In this document: piece by piece, positions 52,636 through 62,305 of the stretch
How the letters are laid out: the number at the start of each line of letters is the position of its first letter
Position numbering within the stretch: the first letter of the stretch is position 1
Source of the DNA: Anaeromyxobacteraceae bacterium
GTDB lineage: Bacteria; Myxococcota; Myxococcia; Myxococcales; Anaeromyxobacteraceae
Assembly: GCA_047602405.1 (NCBI GenBank)
Contig: JASGHJ010000001.1
Coordinates: 704,001 to 768,000, forward strand
DNA length: 64,000 nt
Reading direction: 5' to 3'
Program-made: the position numbers and the translations under genes
Notes under the pieces: generated by a model
What the model was told of the DNA's origin: nothing
What the model saw: the letters and a program-made list of their open reading frames with translations, nothing else
The model's database searches: none

Positions 52636-54968
52636 GGGGTGCTCAGCTCGGTGGGCGGGGTGACGAGGGAGGAGCGGAGGTAGACGAACGGGATCCCGCT
52701 CTGCATGTAGTTCTCGAGCGTGTCGAGCACCTGGGCCTCACGCATCCACGCCGGCCCGGTGTCCCGCAGGCGCCGCTCGATCAGGGTCGAGAGCGCGGTG
52801 AAGCCGCCCCACTCGGCGCGCGCGCGGAACGCGTCGAGGACGATGCCCTCGACCTCCGCCTGGTTCTTGAGCTGCGGCGAGAGCGCCATCGCCTGGAGGT
52901 AGAGCGTGTTGTTGTCGCCGTAGCCCGGGTCGTCGCGGACGCCGACCTCGTCGTGATTCTCGAGCGGGCTGCCGATGGCGTAGGCGACGAGCCGGCCGGA
53001 CACCTTGTCCCTCAGGCCGATGCCGATGGCGCGCAGGTGGGCGAGCGTGCCCTCCAGCGTCTCCGCCGGGTACTGGAGCAGCGGGCGGCGGCCGTCGTCG
53101 GAGCCGTACTGCTCGTCCTCGAGCTCGTGCACCTGCGGCATGAGCTGCTTCGCCATCGGGCCGTTGAGGTCCACCACCTCGAGCGTCGCGGGCGGCACGT
53201 CGAGCGCGCCGGGGCGGACCTCGATGCCGTCGGCGACCGTGGCGGGCGCGGGCGCGCCGACGAGCTCCTGCACCGACTGGCGCAGGATGCCGACGGCCTC
53301 CGTGATGGACGCCGGCTCCATGTCGTAGCGCGGGTAGAAGCGCAGCGTGCGCTCGCCGGCGGGCAGCAGGATGAGCCCGTTCCGGAACGCGCGCTCGCGC
53401 AGCCACTCGCGCCAGTCGGCGCGCACCACGTCGATGGCGAGCATGCAGCCCTCGCCGCGCACGTTCTGGAGGAGGTCCTTGTAGTCCTTCGCGAGCGCCT
53501 CGAGCCCCTCCTTCGCGAGCGCGCCGAGCTCGTTCACCTTCGCGAGGTCGAGCCGGTCGAGGTAGCCGAGGAGGCGCAGCATGCCGACCGAGTCGCCCTC
53601 CCAGGTGGTGTTGAACTTCTTCTCCTCCTGGAAGAACGTCGCGAGGTCCTCGCTCACGAAGAGCACGCCGTTCTGGGCCTTCTTCGCCCAGACCACCACG
53701 TCGGCCGGGCACGGCAGCTCGAAGCGATCGTGCGCCCACATCGTGCCGGTCGCGCCCCAGCCCGTCTGCACCTCGTCGAACATGAGGGGCACGTCGTAGA
53801 TGCGGGTGAGGAGCCGCAGCCGCTGGAAGAAGCTCCGCGACGCGAACCTGAGGCCGCCCTCGCACTGCACGGGCTCCACGAGCACGCCCGCGACCCGCTG
53901 CGCGCGCCGGAGCACCGCGGGGTCGACGAGCGCGCGCTGCAGCTCCACGAACTGCTGCACCATCGCCGGCCACGCGGCGCGGTCGTTCGAGCCGAGGCGC
54001 GCGAGGAGGTCGTCGCACGCCGCGAGCTGGCGCCTGAACTGCTCGAGCGGGCGCGGCGCGCCGACCTGGCGGCCGGTCACGAGCAGCGTCCAGATCTGCT
54101 CGAGGCTCTTCTCGTCGCGGCGCTTCGTGCGCCACGCCGAGCGGCCGTCCTCGACCGGGAAGAGGACGTGCGGCCAGTCGAACGTGGGGAAGCCGAGGCG
54201 GGCCTTGCGCTTGTGGGTCGCGGCGAGGCTGCCGAGGGTACGGCCGTGGAACGCGCCCTCGAACGAGACGATGAAGAAGCCCTGCTTGTCGCTCCCGGCC
54301 TCCTCGCGGCCGGCCTCCTGCGGGGTCGACTTCACGCGGTTGAGGAGCACCGCCTTGATGGCGTTCTCGACCGCCTCGGCGCCGGTGTTGACGATGAAGA
54401 AGCGCGGCGTGCCCTGCGGCGCGATCTTCGTGAGCGCCGCCTTCATCGCGAGCGAGACCTTGGTCTGGTACTCGGAGTGGGCGTAGCGCGAGGCGACCGC
54501 CGGCAGCCCGCGCAGCATGCTCGCCAGCACTCCGGGGTCGTTCTCGCCGAACGGCTGGGTGGCGATGAGTGCGCCGAGGTCGATGAAGCGGTACGGCTCG
54601 CCCTCGGGATCGCGATCGATGGTCGCGAGGTACGGCCCGACCGACTCGGCCGGGTCGAAGGCGATGGGGAGCGAGGAGAAGAGGCCGTTGCCGGCCGCGT
54701 CGAGCGCGGCCTGGCTCGCGGGCAGATCACGGGCCACGGCCTTCTCGAGGAGCGTGTCGTCGGCGAAGCGCGGCGGGACGTGGACCTTGATCTGGCCGGA
54801 GCGGTAGCGGGCCTGGAGGGTGACGACGCGGTCGAGGAAGCGGACCGCGTCGGCCTGGGCGGCGGCGAGGAGCTCGTCCGCGCTCGAGCGGGCCGCCGCC
54901 GGAGAGGAGGTGGTGGAAGCGCGCCGCGCCTGCTCGGCCGGCTCGGTGCGCGTCATCGGGGGCATCAT
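52632..54968 (-). CDS. Class III aminotransferase (eukaryotic GABA-T/lysine epsilon-aminotransferase-like) fused to a C-terminal GNAT-like domain
   Basis: SFEGAFHGRTLG, FDWP, DEVQTGWGATG.MWAH, WAKK, NTTWEGD; extra about 190 aa with LVAYAIGSPLE, LYLQAMAL, LENY. Confidence 0.8.
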   Translation of the reverse strand: MMPPMTRTEPAEQARRASTTSSPAAARSSADELLAAAQADAVRFLDRVVTLQARYRSGQIKVHVPPRFADDTLLEKAVARDLPASQAALDAAGNGLFSSLPIAFDPAESVGPYLATIDRDPEGEPYRFIDLGALIATQPFGENDPGVLASMLRGLPAVASRYAHSEYQTKVSLAMKAALTKIAPQGTPRFFIVNTGAEAVENAIKAVLLNRVKSTPQEAGREEAGSDKQGFFIVSFEGAFHGRTLGSLAATHKRKARLGFPTFDWPHVLFPVEDGRSAWRTKRRDEKSLEQIWTLLVTGRQVGAPRPLEQFRRQLAACDDLLARLGSNDRAAWPAMVQQFVELQRALVDPAVLRRAQRVAGVLVEPVQCEGGLRFASRSFFQRLRLLTRIYDVPLMFDEVQTGWGATGTMWAHDRFELPCPADVVVWAKKAQNGVLFVSEDLATFFQEEKKFNTTWEGDSVGMLRLLGYLDRLDLAKVNELGALAKEGLEALAKDYKDLLQNVRGEGCMLAIDVVRADWREWLRERAFRNGLILLPAGERTLRFYPRYDMEPASITEAVGILRQSVQELVGAPAPATVADGIEVRPGALDVPPATLEVVDLNGPMAKQLMPQVHELEDEQYGSDDGRRPLLQYPAETLEGTLAHLRAIGIGLRDKVSGRLVAYAIGSPLENHDEVGVRDDPGYGDNNTLYLQAMALSPQLKNQAEVEGIVLDAFRARAEWGGFTALSTLIERRLRDTGPAWMREAQVLDTLENYMQSGIPFVYLRSSLVTPPTELSTP

Positions 54969-55027
54969 GGTGAACCTGGCTTGTGACCTCCGCGGGGGAA
55001 ATCCCGAGGAGGTATGGCATATTAGGG

Positions 55028-55043
55028 AGCACGGCCCGTGCCA
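55028..55043 (-). promoter_or_regulatory. Sigma54 (-24/-12) promoter
   Basis: Minus strand TGGCACGGGCCGTGCT against consensus TGGCACG-N4-TTGCW, about 60 bp before the ATG. Confidence 0.7.
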
Positions 55044-55286
55044 CGGTCCCTGGGCTCGCGCGGGTCGGGTGGGCCCAACCTCACGCTGCGTGGATCCGGG
55101 GGGTTGTCGGAGGCGCGTCCCGACCGGGGCCTCCGGTTCCATGCAGCCCTGCCTCGGAGATGCGGCACCGCATCGCATTTCCGCCTCGCCCCGTCCGGGG
55201 CGCTCCCCCCTGAAAAGGCCACGGCCGGCCCCCTCTCGGAGGCCGGCCGCACCGTGAAGCCGGTCGTTCTCTGACCGTGAACTTCG

Positions 55287-56552
55287 CTAGAAGTAGAACA
55301 CCAGCGCCGTGCCGGCGACGACGTTGTTCTTCTTGAACTTCGGGTTGTCGCCGCCCACGAGGGCGTCCTTGTTCGCGAACACCTCCTGCGTGGCGCCGTC
55401 GTAGCGGCCCTCGAGCTTCCAGGTGACGTTCGCGTTCACGTAGTACGAGTAGGTGGCGGTGACGGCGTAGCGGTTCGCGCCCTTCTCCGCGTCGGCGCCG
55501 GGGCCGATGCCGTTGACGGCGTCGGAGAAGTTGTAGTCGAGCAGGCCGCCGCCGTTCTTCTCGTTCCAGATGAAGTCCGCGCGCAGGGCGAGCTCGGTCT
55601 GGATGCTGGTCTTGTACGCGGCGAGCACGGAGGCGCCGACCCAGGTGGCCGGGCGGAGCTTGCCGGTGTCGGGGTCCGCGGTGATGGCGGCCTTGTCCTG
55701 GCGGCCGAAGCCGACGTGGGCGTTGAGGGTCACGTCGCCGCGCGTGTACCACCCGTCGAGCTCGTAGGAGAGGTAGAGCGAGTCCTTGCCGTCGAGGGCG
55801 GGATCGCCGGTGCCGTCGTCGGCCGCGCGGTAGTTCGTCTTGTAGCCGGCCGAGCCCGCCATGCCGAGGCCCCAGAACTCGCCGCCCGCGTAGTCACCGC
55901 GGAACACGAACATGGGGATGTGCTCGCCGACGTTGCGGACCGACTGGTTCATGTTGGCGAGCATGAGCTTGAAGTCCCACTTGCCGGCCGGGACCTCGAC
56001 GCCGACGCCGGTGTAGGAGGCCGGCAGCGTGAAGTCGAAGAGCAGGTTGTGGGTGATGCTCTTGTACATGTTCGGCGCGTAGTACTCGTAGCCGGACCAG
56101 TCCGGCAGCTGGCCGGCGAAGACCTTGTAGTCGCCGACCGGCACCCAGACCGACGCCTCGTGGACGATCGAGCGCTCGCCGGTGACGTCGCCGCCGCCGC
56201 GCGTCGGGTAGAGGGTCAGGTGGAACCTCGTGCCGGAGTCCGTCTCCTTCTGGACGTCGAGCGCGAGCGTCGAGAAGTAGCCGTTGTCGTAGGCGTACGG
56301 CTCCTTCGCGATGGGCGTGAGGAACTGGAAGGTCCCGCGCTCCTTGTTCACGTTGTAGATGTACGTGGGGTCCATGTAGGCCGAGAACTTGAAGCCCTTC
56401 AGGCCCGACTTCTCCGTCTGGTCCTCGATCGCCTCGACCTTCAGCTTCGTGCGGTTGAGGTCCTGCTCCTGCTCCTGCGTGAGGCCGGCCTCGGCCCGGG
56501 CCGTGCTGGCCGCGAGCGAGAGCATCAGGGTCGTGAGCTTCAGGATGCGCAT
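55287..56552 (-). CDS. DUF3138-like outer-membrane beta-barrel (putative polyamine porin)
   Basis: Signal peptide, MDPTYIYN, GQLPDWSGYE, ITHNLLFDF, C-terminal YF; follows potI. Confidence 0.8.
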   Translation of the reverse strand: MRILKLTTLMLSLAASTARAEAGLTQEQEQDLNRTKLKVEAIEDQTEKSGLKGFKFSAYMDPTYIYNVNKERGTFQFLTPIAKEPYAYDNGYFSTLALDVQKETDSGTRFHLTLYPTRGGGDVTGERSIVHEASVWVPVGDYKVFAGQLPDWSGYEYYAPNMYKSITHNLLFDFTLPASYTGVGVEVPAGKWDFKLMLANMNQSVRNVGEHIPMFVFRGDYAGGEFWGLGMAGSAGYKTNYRAADDGTGDPALDGKDSLYLSYELDGWYTRGDVTLNAHVGFGRQDKAAITADPDTGKLRPATWVGASVLAAYKTSIQTELALRADFIWNEKNGGGLLDYNFSDAVNGIGPGADAEKGANRYAVTATYSYYVNANVTWKLEGRYDGATQEVFANKDALVGGDNPKFKKNNVVAGTALVFYF

Positions 56553-56586
56553 GGTGACTCCTCTCGTGTGAGCCTTCGAAGGACGG

Positions 56587-57537
56587 CTAGGGGGAAGTGG
56601 TCAGGGCGGCGACGACCGGCTGCGGGGGGTCGTCGGTGCTCTCGGCTCTCTGCGCTGCGGCAATCTCGGCGGCGCGGCGGCGCTCGTTCCGGGCCATGAG
56701 GAGGCTCCCGGTGACGACGCCCGCCGAGACGACGGCGATGATGAGCGTCGCCGCCGCGTTGATGTCGGGCCGCATGCCCAGGCGGGCCCGGGAGAAGATG
56801 ACGAGGGGCAGGGTCGTGGCCCCCGGCCCGGAGAGGAAGGCCGAGAGCACGACGTCGTCGAGCGACAGGGTGAAGGTGAGCAGGAACGCGGAGACGAGCG
56901 AGTTCGCGATGAGCGGCAGGGTGACGAGGAAGAAGACCTGCACCGGCCGCGCCCCGAGGATGGTGGCCGCCTCCTCGAGGTCCTTGTTGAGCTCCTGCAG
57001 CCGGGCCTGGATCACCACCGTGGCGTAGGCGAGGCCGACGAGGAGGTGGCCCATCCAGATGGTGAGGAGCCCGCGCTCCGGGAACCCGTCCAGGAACGGG
57101 AACACCCCGGTGACCGCCGGGCTCGACAGCCAGCGCTGCACCGTCACCAGCATGAGGAGCAGCGAGAGCCCGATGATCACCTCGGGCATCACGAGCGGCG
57201 CGTTCACCATGCCGCTGAACGCGGTGCGCCCGAGGAAGCGGCGGTAGCGGACGAGCGTGAACGCGGCGAGCGTGCCGAGCACCACCGAGGAGAGCCCGGT
57301 GTAGAGCGCGATCCTGAGCGAGAGCCAGAGCCCGGCCACGAGCTCGCGGTCCTTGAGGAGCTCGCGGTACCAGCGCAGCGACACCCCGCCCCACACCGAC
57401 GGCAGCGGCGACTCGTTGAACGAGTACACCACGAGCGCCACCATCGGCATGTAGAGGAACAGGTAGGCGAAGAGCAGCCAGGTGCGGCCGAAGCCCTTGT
57501 TGAACCCGATGGCGTGGAGGAAGCGGCGCCAGGTCAC
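56587..57537 (-). CDS. potI: Putrescine ABC transporter permease
   Basis: LFLYMP..YSFN, PLVMPEVIIGLSLL, LEEAA..LGA, FTLSLDD. Confidence 0.9.
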   Translation of the reverse strand: MTWRRFLHAIGFNKGFGRTWLLFAYLFLYMPMVALVVYSFNESPLPSVWGGVSLRWYRELLKDRELVAGLWLSLRIALYTGLSSVVLGTLAAFTLVRYRRFLGRTAFSGMVNAPLVMPEVIIGLSLLLMLVTVQRWLSSPAVTGVFPFLDGFPERGLLTIWMGHLLVGLAYATVVIQARLQELNKDLEEAATILGARPVQVFFLVTLPLIANSLVSAFLLTFTLSLDDVVLSAFLSGPGATTLPLVIFSRARLGMRPDINAAATLIIAVVSAGVVTGSLLMARNERRRAAEIAAAQRAESTDDPPQPVVAALTTSP

Positions 57538-58496
57538 GTGCGCACCTCCGTGGCCTCGGCCTGGTACTTGTTGAAGAGCGCGAGCGGCACGATGATCAGG
57601 AGGATCACGACCACCGCGACGCTCGAGGCCATCGGCCAGTCGTTGTTCGAGAAGAACTCGTCCCAGAGGACGCGGCCGATCATGAGCGTGCGCGGGCCGC
57701 CGAGCAGCTCGGGGATCACGTACTCGCCGATGCAGGGAATGAACACCAGCATCGAGCCGGCGATGATGCCGGCCTTCGAGAGCGGCACGGTGATCTTCCA
57801 GAACCCGACCCACGGTGTCGCGCCGAGATCGGCCGCCGCCTCGAGCAGGCGCAGGTCCATCTTCGAGAGCGTCGCGTAGAGCGGCAGGACCATGAACGGC
57901 AGGTAGGTGTAGACCATGCCGATCACGAGCGAGAACGGCGTGTTCATGAACAGGCCCGGCGCCGGGATGAGCTCGAAGTGCGCGAGCAGGAGGTCGATCT
58001 TGAGCGCGATGAGCAGCTTCGAGATCCAGCCGCCCTCGGTGAGGAGCCCCTTCCATGCGTAGACGCGCAGGAGGAAGGAGGTCCAGAACGGCAGCATCAC
58101 CATCATGAGCAGCGCCGGCTGCCGGCTCGGCCTCGCGCGCGCCATGAAGTAGGCGAACGGGTAGCCGATGAAGAGGCACCAGAACGTCGTGACCGCCGCG
58201 TACTTGAGGCTGGAGAGGTACGTGGCCGCGTACAGCTCGTCCTTCAGGATGAACAGGTAGTGGCTGAAGTTGAGCGCGACGGTCGCGACGCCCTCGCTCC
58301 ACCTGAAGAGCGGGGAGATCACCACCCCGTCCATGTCGGCGAGCGACATGTTGAGGATGATGAAGAACGGCAGGAGGAAGAAGATCAGCAGCCAGACGTA
58401 CGGCACGAAGATGACCGCCTTGCGCCCGTGACGGACGAAGAGCGGGTGCGCGTGCATCCGGTCGAAGAAGGAGGTGGCGAGCTGGCGGGAGGGCAT
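57534..58496 (-). CDS. potH: Putrescine ABC transporter permease
   Basis: LPFWTSFLLRVYAW, YLPFMVLPLY, LLEAAADLGA, GEYVIPELLGG, DWPMAS. Confidence 0.92.
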   Translation of the reverse strand: MPSRQLATSFFDRMHAHPLFVRHGRKAVIFVPYVWLLIFFLLPFFIILNMSLADMDGVVISPLFRWSEGVATVALNFSHYLFILKDELYAATYLSSLKYAAVTTFWCLFIGYPFAYFMARARPSRQPALLMMVMLPFWTSFLLRVYAWKGLLTEGGWISKLLIALKIDLLLAHFELIPAPGLFMNTPFSLVIGMVYTYLPFMVLPLYATLSKMDLRLLEAAADLGATPWVGFWKITVPLSKAGIIAGSMLVFIPCIGEYVIPELLGGPRTLMIGRVLWDEFFSNNDWPMASSVAVVVILLIIVPLALFNKYQAEATEVRT

Positions 58497-58511
58497 GGTC
58501 GGCCGGCTCGC

Positions 58512-59615
58512 TCAGGCGGTGAGGACCACCTGCGCCGTGTCCGGCCAGGTGGCCCACGCGGTCTCGCCGGGCGCCGGGGCGCTCGCGCGGTGCCGCTCCA
58601 CGTTGCTCTCGCTCACCTTGAGGCGCCGCCCACCGGTCACCTCGAGGACGTAGACCGTGTAGCTCCCGAAGTAGGAGCGGTCGCGCACGGTCACCTTGAC
58701 CTGGTTGACCTCGCCCGCGGGCTTCTCGCGCGCGAGGTGGATCTTCTCCGGCCGCACCGCGACGGCCACCGGCATCCCGAGGTTGCCGGTGATGCCGTGG
58801 CCGACCCGGTGCCGGCAGAAGCCGCAGTCGATCTCGACGAAGTTCGGCTCGTCGACGACGACCTTCCCGTCCATCAGGTTCACGTTGCCGATGAAGTCGG
58901 CGACGAACCGGGTGGCCGGCGTCTCGTAGACGTCGGTGGGCGTGCCGACCTGGAGGATCTTGCCCTCGCTCATCACCGCGATCCGGGTGGCCATGGTCAT
59001 GGCCTCCTCCTGATCGTGGGTCACCATCACGCAGGTCACGCCGACCTCGCGGATGATGTTGACGAGCTCGACCTGGGTCTCCTCGCGGAGCTTCTTGTCG
59101 AGCGCTCCCAGCGGCTCGTCGAGGAGCATGAGCTGGGGGCGCTTCGCGAGGCTCCGGGCCAGCGCGACGCGCTGCTGCTGGCCGCCGGAGAGCTGGTGCG
59201 GCTTGCGCTTCCCGTACTTCTGGAGCTGCACGAGCTTCAGCATCTGCTCGACGCGCTCGACGATGTCCTTCTTCGGCATCCCCTCGCGCTTCAGCCCGAA
59301 CGCCACGTTGTCCCAGACCGTCAGGTGCGGGAACAGCGCGTACGACTGGAACATCATGTTGATCGGGCGGAGGTACGGCGGGAGGCCGGCCAGGTTCTGG
59401 CCGTCGAGGACGATCGTCCCCTGGGTCGGGGTCTCGAAGCCCGCCAGCATCCGGAGGAGCGTGGTCTTGCCGCACCCCGACGACCCCAGAAGGGCGAAGA
59501 TCTCGCCCTTCTGGATGTCGAGGTTCACGTGGTTCACGGCGAGGGTGCCGGACCCGAAGTCCTTCACCACGTCGCGGATTTGGAGGTACGAGGGAGTGGC
59601 CGGGGCCAGGCTCAT
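58512..59615 (-). CDS. potG: Putrescine ABC transporter ATPase
   Basis: GSSGCGKT, MFQSYALFPH, LSGGQQQR, LLDEP, C-terminal TOBE-like region. Confidence 0.93.
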   Translation of the reverse strand: MSLAPATPSYLQIRDVVKDFGSGTLAVNHVNLDIQKGEIFALLGSSGCGKTTLLRMLAGFETPTQGTIVLDGQNLAGLPPYLRPINMMFQSYALFPHLTVWDNVAFGLKREGMPKKDIVERVEQMLKLVQLQKYGKRKPHQLSGGQQQRVALARSLAKRPQLMLLDEPLGALDKKLREETQVELVNIIREVGVTCVMVTHDQEEAMTMATRIAVMSEGKILQVGTPTDVYETPATRFVADFIGNVNLMDGKVVVDEPNFVEIDCGFCRHRVGHGITGNLGMPVAVAVRPEKIHLAREKPAGEVNQVKVTVRDRSYFGSYTVYVLEVTGGRRLKVSESNVERHRASAPAPGETAWATWPDTAQVVLTA

Positions 59616-59661
59616 CGGGTTCCCGAGCGGATGGTGAGGGCGGTGGAGCGGCGGCTTCGGT

Positions 59662-60796
59662 CTAGAGGCCGGTCTTGAACTGCGTGTAGATCCGGGTCAT
59701 CGCGCGCCGCGAGTCGTTCGAGAGCGCGCCGGGGAGCCCCATCTTCTTCATGTCGGCGTCGTCGGGGAACACCGTCTTGTCGTTCGCGATGGTCGGCTTC
59801 ACGAACTTCGCGGACGTGGTCTTCGTCGGGTTCGCGTAGAAGACCTTGTTCGTCAGGCCGGCGTTCACCTCGGGGCGCAGGATGTAGTCGATCCACTTGT
59901 GCGCGTTGCCCGGGTGCGGGGCGTCCGCCGGGATCGCCATCGTGTCCATGAAGATGATGCCGCCGGTCTTCGGCAGGAGGGCCACGATGTTCTGGCCGGT
60001 CTTCGAGTCGATGGCGCGGTTCTTCGCGATGTTGATGTCGCCCGACCACCCGAGCGCGAGGCAGATGGAGCCGTTCGCCATGTCGTTGATGTAGCCGGAC
60101 GAGGAGAACAGGGTGACGTACGGGCGGATCTTCGCGAGGAGCTCGGCGGTGCCGGCGTAGTTGGCCGGGTCCTTCGAGTACGCCTTCTTGCCCAGGTAGT
60201 GGGCGGCGGCCGGGACGATTCTCGGTCGGCGAGTCGAGGAACGAGACGCCGCACGACTTGAGCTTCGAGATGTACTCGGGCTTGAAGACGAGGTCCCAGG
60301 CGTTCTCGGGCATCGGCATCGTGCCGAGCGCCTTCTTCACCTTGTCGACGTTGATGCCGACGGTGGTGTAGCCCCAGAGCCAGTCGACGAGGTACCGGTT
60401 GCCCGGATCCATGTCCTCGAGCGCCTTGAGGATGGAGGGATCCTGGTTCTTCCAGTTCGGGAGCTTCGACTTGTCGAGCGGCTTCAGGAGGCCGCCCTCG
60501 AGCTGGATCTTCCCCCAGTACGAGGAGGGCACCACGATGTCGTAGCCGGTGCGGCCCGCGACGAGCTTCGCGTGCAGCGTCTCGTTCGAGTCGAAGTTGT
60601 CGTACCGGACCTTGATGCCGGTCTCCTTCTCGAAGTTCGCGATGGTGTCTTCGGCGATGTAGTCCGACCAGTTGTAGATGTTGAGGACCTTCTCCTCCTC
60701 CTGCGCGCGGGCCGGCGTCGCGTGGAACGCGAGCGCGGCGAGCGCGAGTGAGCCGAGGGTGCCGAGGGCGCGGCGGAGGGACGACGTGTTCTTCAT
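59662..60796 (-). CDS. potF: Putrescine-binding periplasmic protein, apparent frameshift at about 60219
   Basis: NIYNWSDYI, GYDIVVPS, WGYT.VG, KSCGVSFLDS, then SSSGYINDMANG.IC...WSGD in the next frame. Confidence 0.9.
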
Positions 60797-60915
60797 CGCG
60801 TGGTCTCCAGGGACGGGGGTTCGGGGTGCGTCGTGACCCGGTACGTCTGAGCGCGGGGGTGCGAGGAGCGTAAGGCTTCCACGGTGCGGCTGGACGGAAA
60901 AACGTTCGCTGGCAT

Positions 60916-62184
60916 TCACCCGAGGACGGCCTTCTCGAGCACGGCGAGGGCCTCGTCGAAGACGGCGTCCTGGATGGTGAGGGGGAACAGGAAGCGGATC
61001 ACGTTGGCGTGCACGCCGCAGGTGAGGAGCACCAGCCCCTGCTCGAGGGCGCGGGCCTGGACCTGCTTCGTGAAGTCCGGGTCGGGGCCGCCGCCGTCGG
61101 CCCGCATGAACTCGACCGCCACCATGGCGCCCGGGCCGCGGATCTCGGCGATGCGCTTCTCCTTCGCGCGGAGCGCCTCGAGGCGGGTCTTGAGGCGGCC
61201 GCCGAGCGCGTTGGCGCGGTCGACGAGCTTCTCCTCCTCGAGGACGTCGAGCACCGCGTGGGCGGCGGCGACGGCGAGCGGGTTGCCGGCGTAGGTGCCG
61301 CCCAGGCCGCCGGGCGCGGGCGCGTCCATGAGCTCGGTGCGGCCCACCACGCCGGAGATGGGCAGGCCCGCCCCGAGCGACTTCGCGACCGTCATGAGGT
61401 CCGGCAGGACCGCGTGGTGGTGCATCGCGAACATCTTGCCGGTGCGGGCGAAGCCGGTCTGGATCTCGTCGGCGATGAGCAGGATGCCGTGCTCGTCGCA
61501 CTCGGCGCGGAGCGCCTTCATGAGCTCGGGCGGCGCGGGGTAGAAGCCGCCCTCGCCCTGCACCGGCTCCACGATGATCGCCGCGACCCGGCGCGGGTCG
61601 ACGTCGGCCTTGAAGAGCCGGTGGAGCGCGTCGATCGCGTGCTGGGTGGTGACGCCGTGGAGCGCCTGCGGGAACGGCACGTGCCAGACGTCGCCCGGGA
61701 ACGGCCCGAAGCCCACCTTGTACGGCACCACCTTGCCGGTGAGCGCCATGCCGAGCATCGTGCGGCCGTGGAAGGCGCCGGTGAACGCGACGACGCCCGG
61801 GCGGCCGGTCGCGGCGCGCGCGATCTTGACCGCGTTCTCGACCGCCTCGGCGCCGGTGGAGAAGAAGGTGGCCTTCTTCGCGTGGCCGCCGGGGGTGAGG
61901 CGGATGAGCCGCTCGGCGAGCGTCACGTACGACTCGTAGGCCGCCACCTGGTACGCCGTGTGGGTGAACGCCTCGAGCTGCTGCTTCAGGGCCGCGACGA
62001 CCTTCGGGTGGCGGTGACCGGTGTTGAGCACCGCGATGCCGCCCGCGAAGTCGATGTAGCGCCTCCCCTCCACGTCCCACAGCTCGCTGTTCGCCGCCCT
62101 CGCCACGAAGAAGGGCGTGGAGATGCCCACGCCGCGCGGCGTCGCCGCCTCCCTCCGGGCCTTCAGGCTCGCGTTGTCGCTCAT
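60916..62184 (-). CDS. gabT: 4-aminobutyrate-2-oxoglutarate transaminase
   Basis: DFAGGIAVLNTGH, HTAYQV, FHGRT, EPVQGEGG, DEIQTGFARTG, GGTYAGNP. Confidence 0.93.
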   Translation of the reverse strand: MSDNASLKARREAATPRGVGISTPFFVARAANSELWDVEGRRYIDFAGGIAVLNTGHRHPKVVAALKQQLEAFTHTAYQVAAYESYVTLAERLIRLTPGGHAKKATFFSTGAEAVENAVKIARAATGRPGVVAFTGAFHGRTMLGMALTGKVVPYKVGFGPFPGDVWHVPFPQALHGVTTQHAIDALHRLFKADVDPRRVAAIIVEPVQGEGGFYPAPPELMKALRAECDEHGILLIADEIQTGFARTGKMFAMHHHAVLPDLMTVAKSLGAGLPISGVVGRTELMDAPAPGGLGGTYAGNPLAVAAAHAVLDVLEEEKLVDRANALGGRLKTRLEALRAKEKRIAEIRGPGAMVAVEFMRADGGGPDPDFTKQVQARALEQGLVLLTCGVHANVIRFLFPLTIQDAVFDEALAVLEKAVLG

Positions 62185-62190
62185 CTGTCC

Positions 62191-62272
62191 TCCGGAGGGG
62201 GCGTAGCCCCCTCCCCGGCCGGCGGAGCCGGACCGGGGCCCCTCCCCGGATCAGCTCCGCTGCGCTTCGCTG
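62191..62272. repeat. Multi-hairpin palindromic element (family C) between patD and gabT
   Basis: GGAGGGGGC-GTA-GCCCCCTCC and CCGGC-GGA-GCCGG hairpins enclosed by TCCGG..CCGGA. Confidence 0.5.
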
Positions 62273-62305
62273 TGAGTTACTGCGTTCTCTACTGCCGGTC
62301 GCTGC

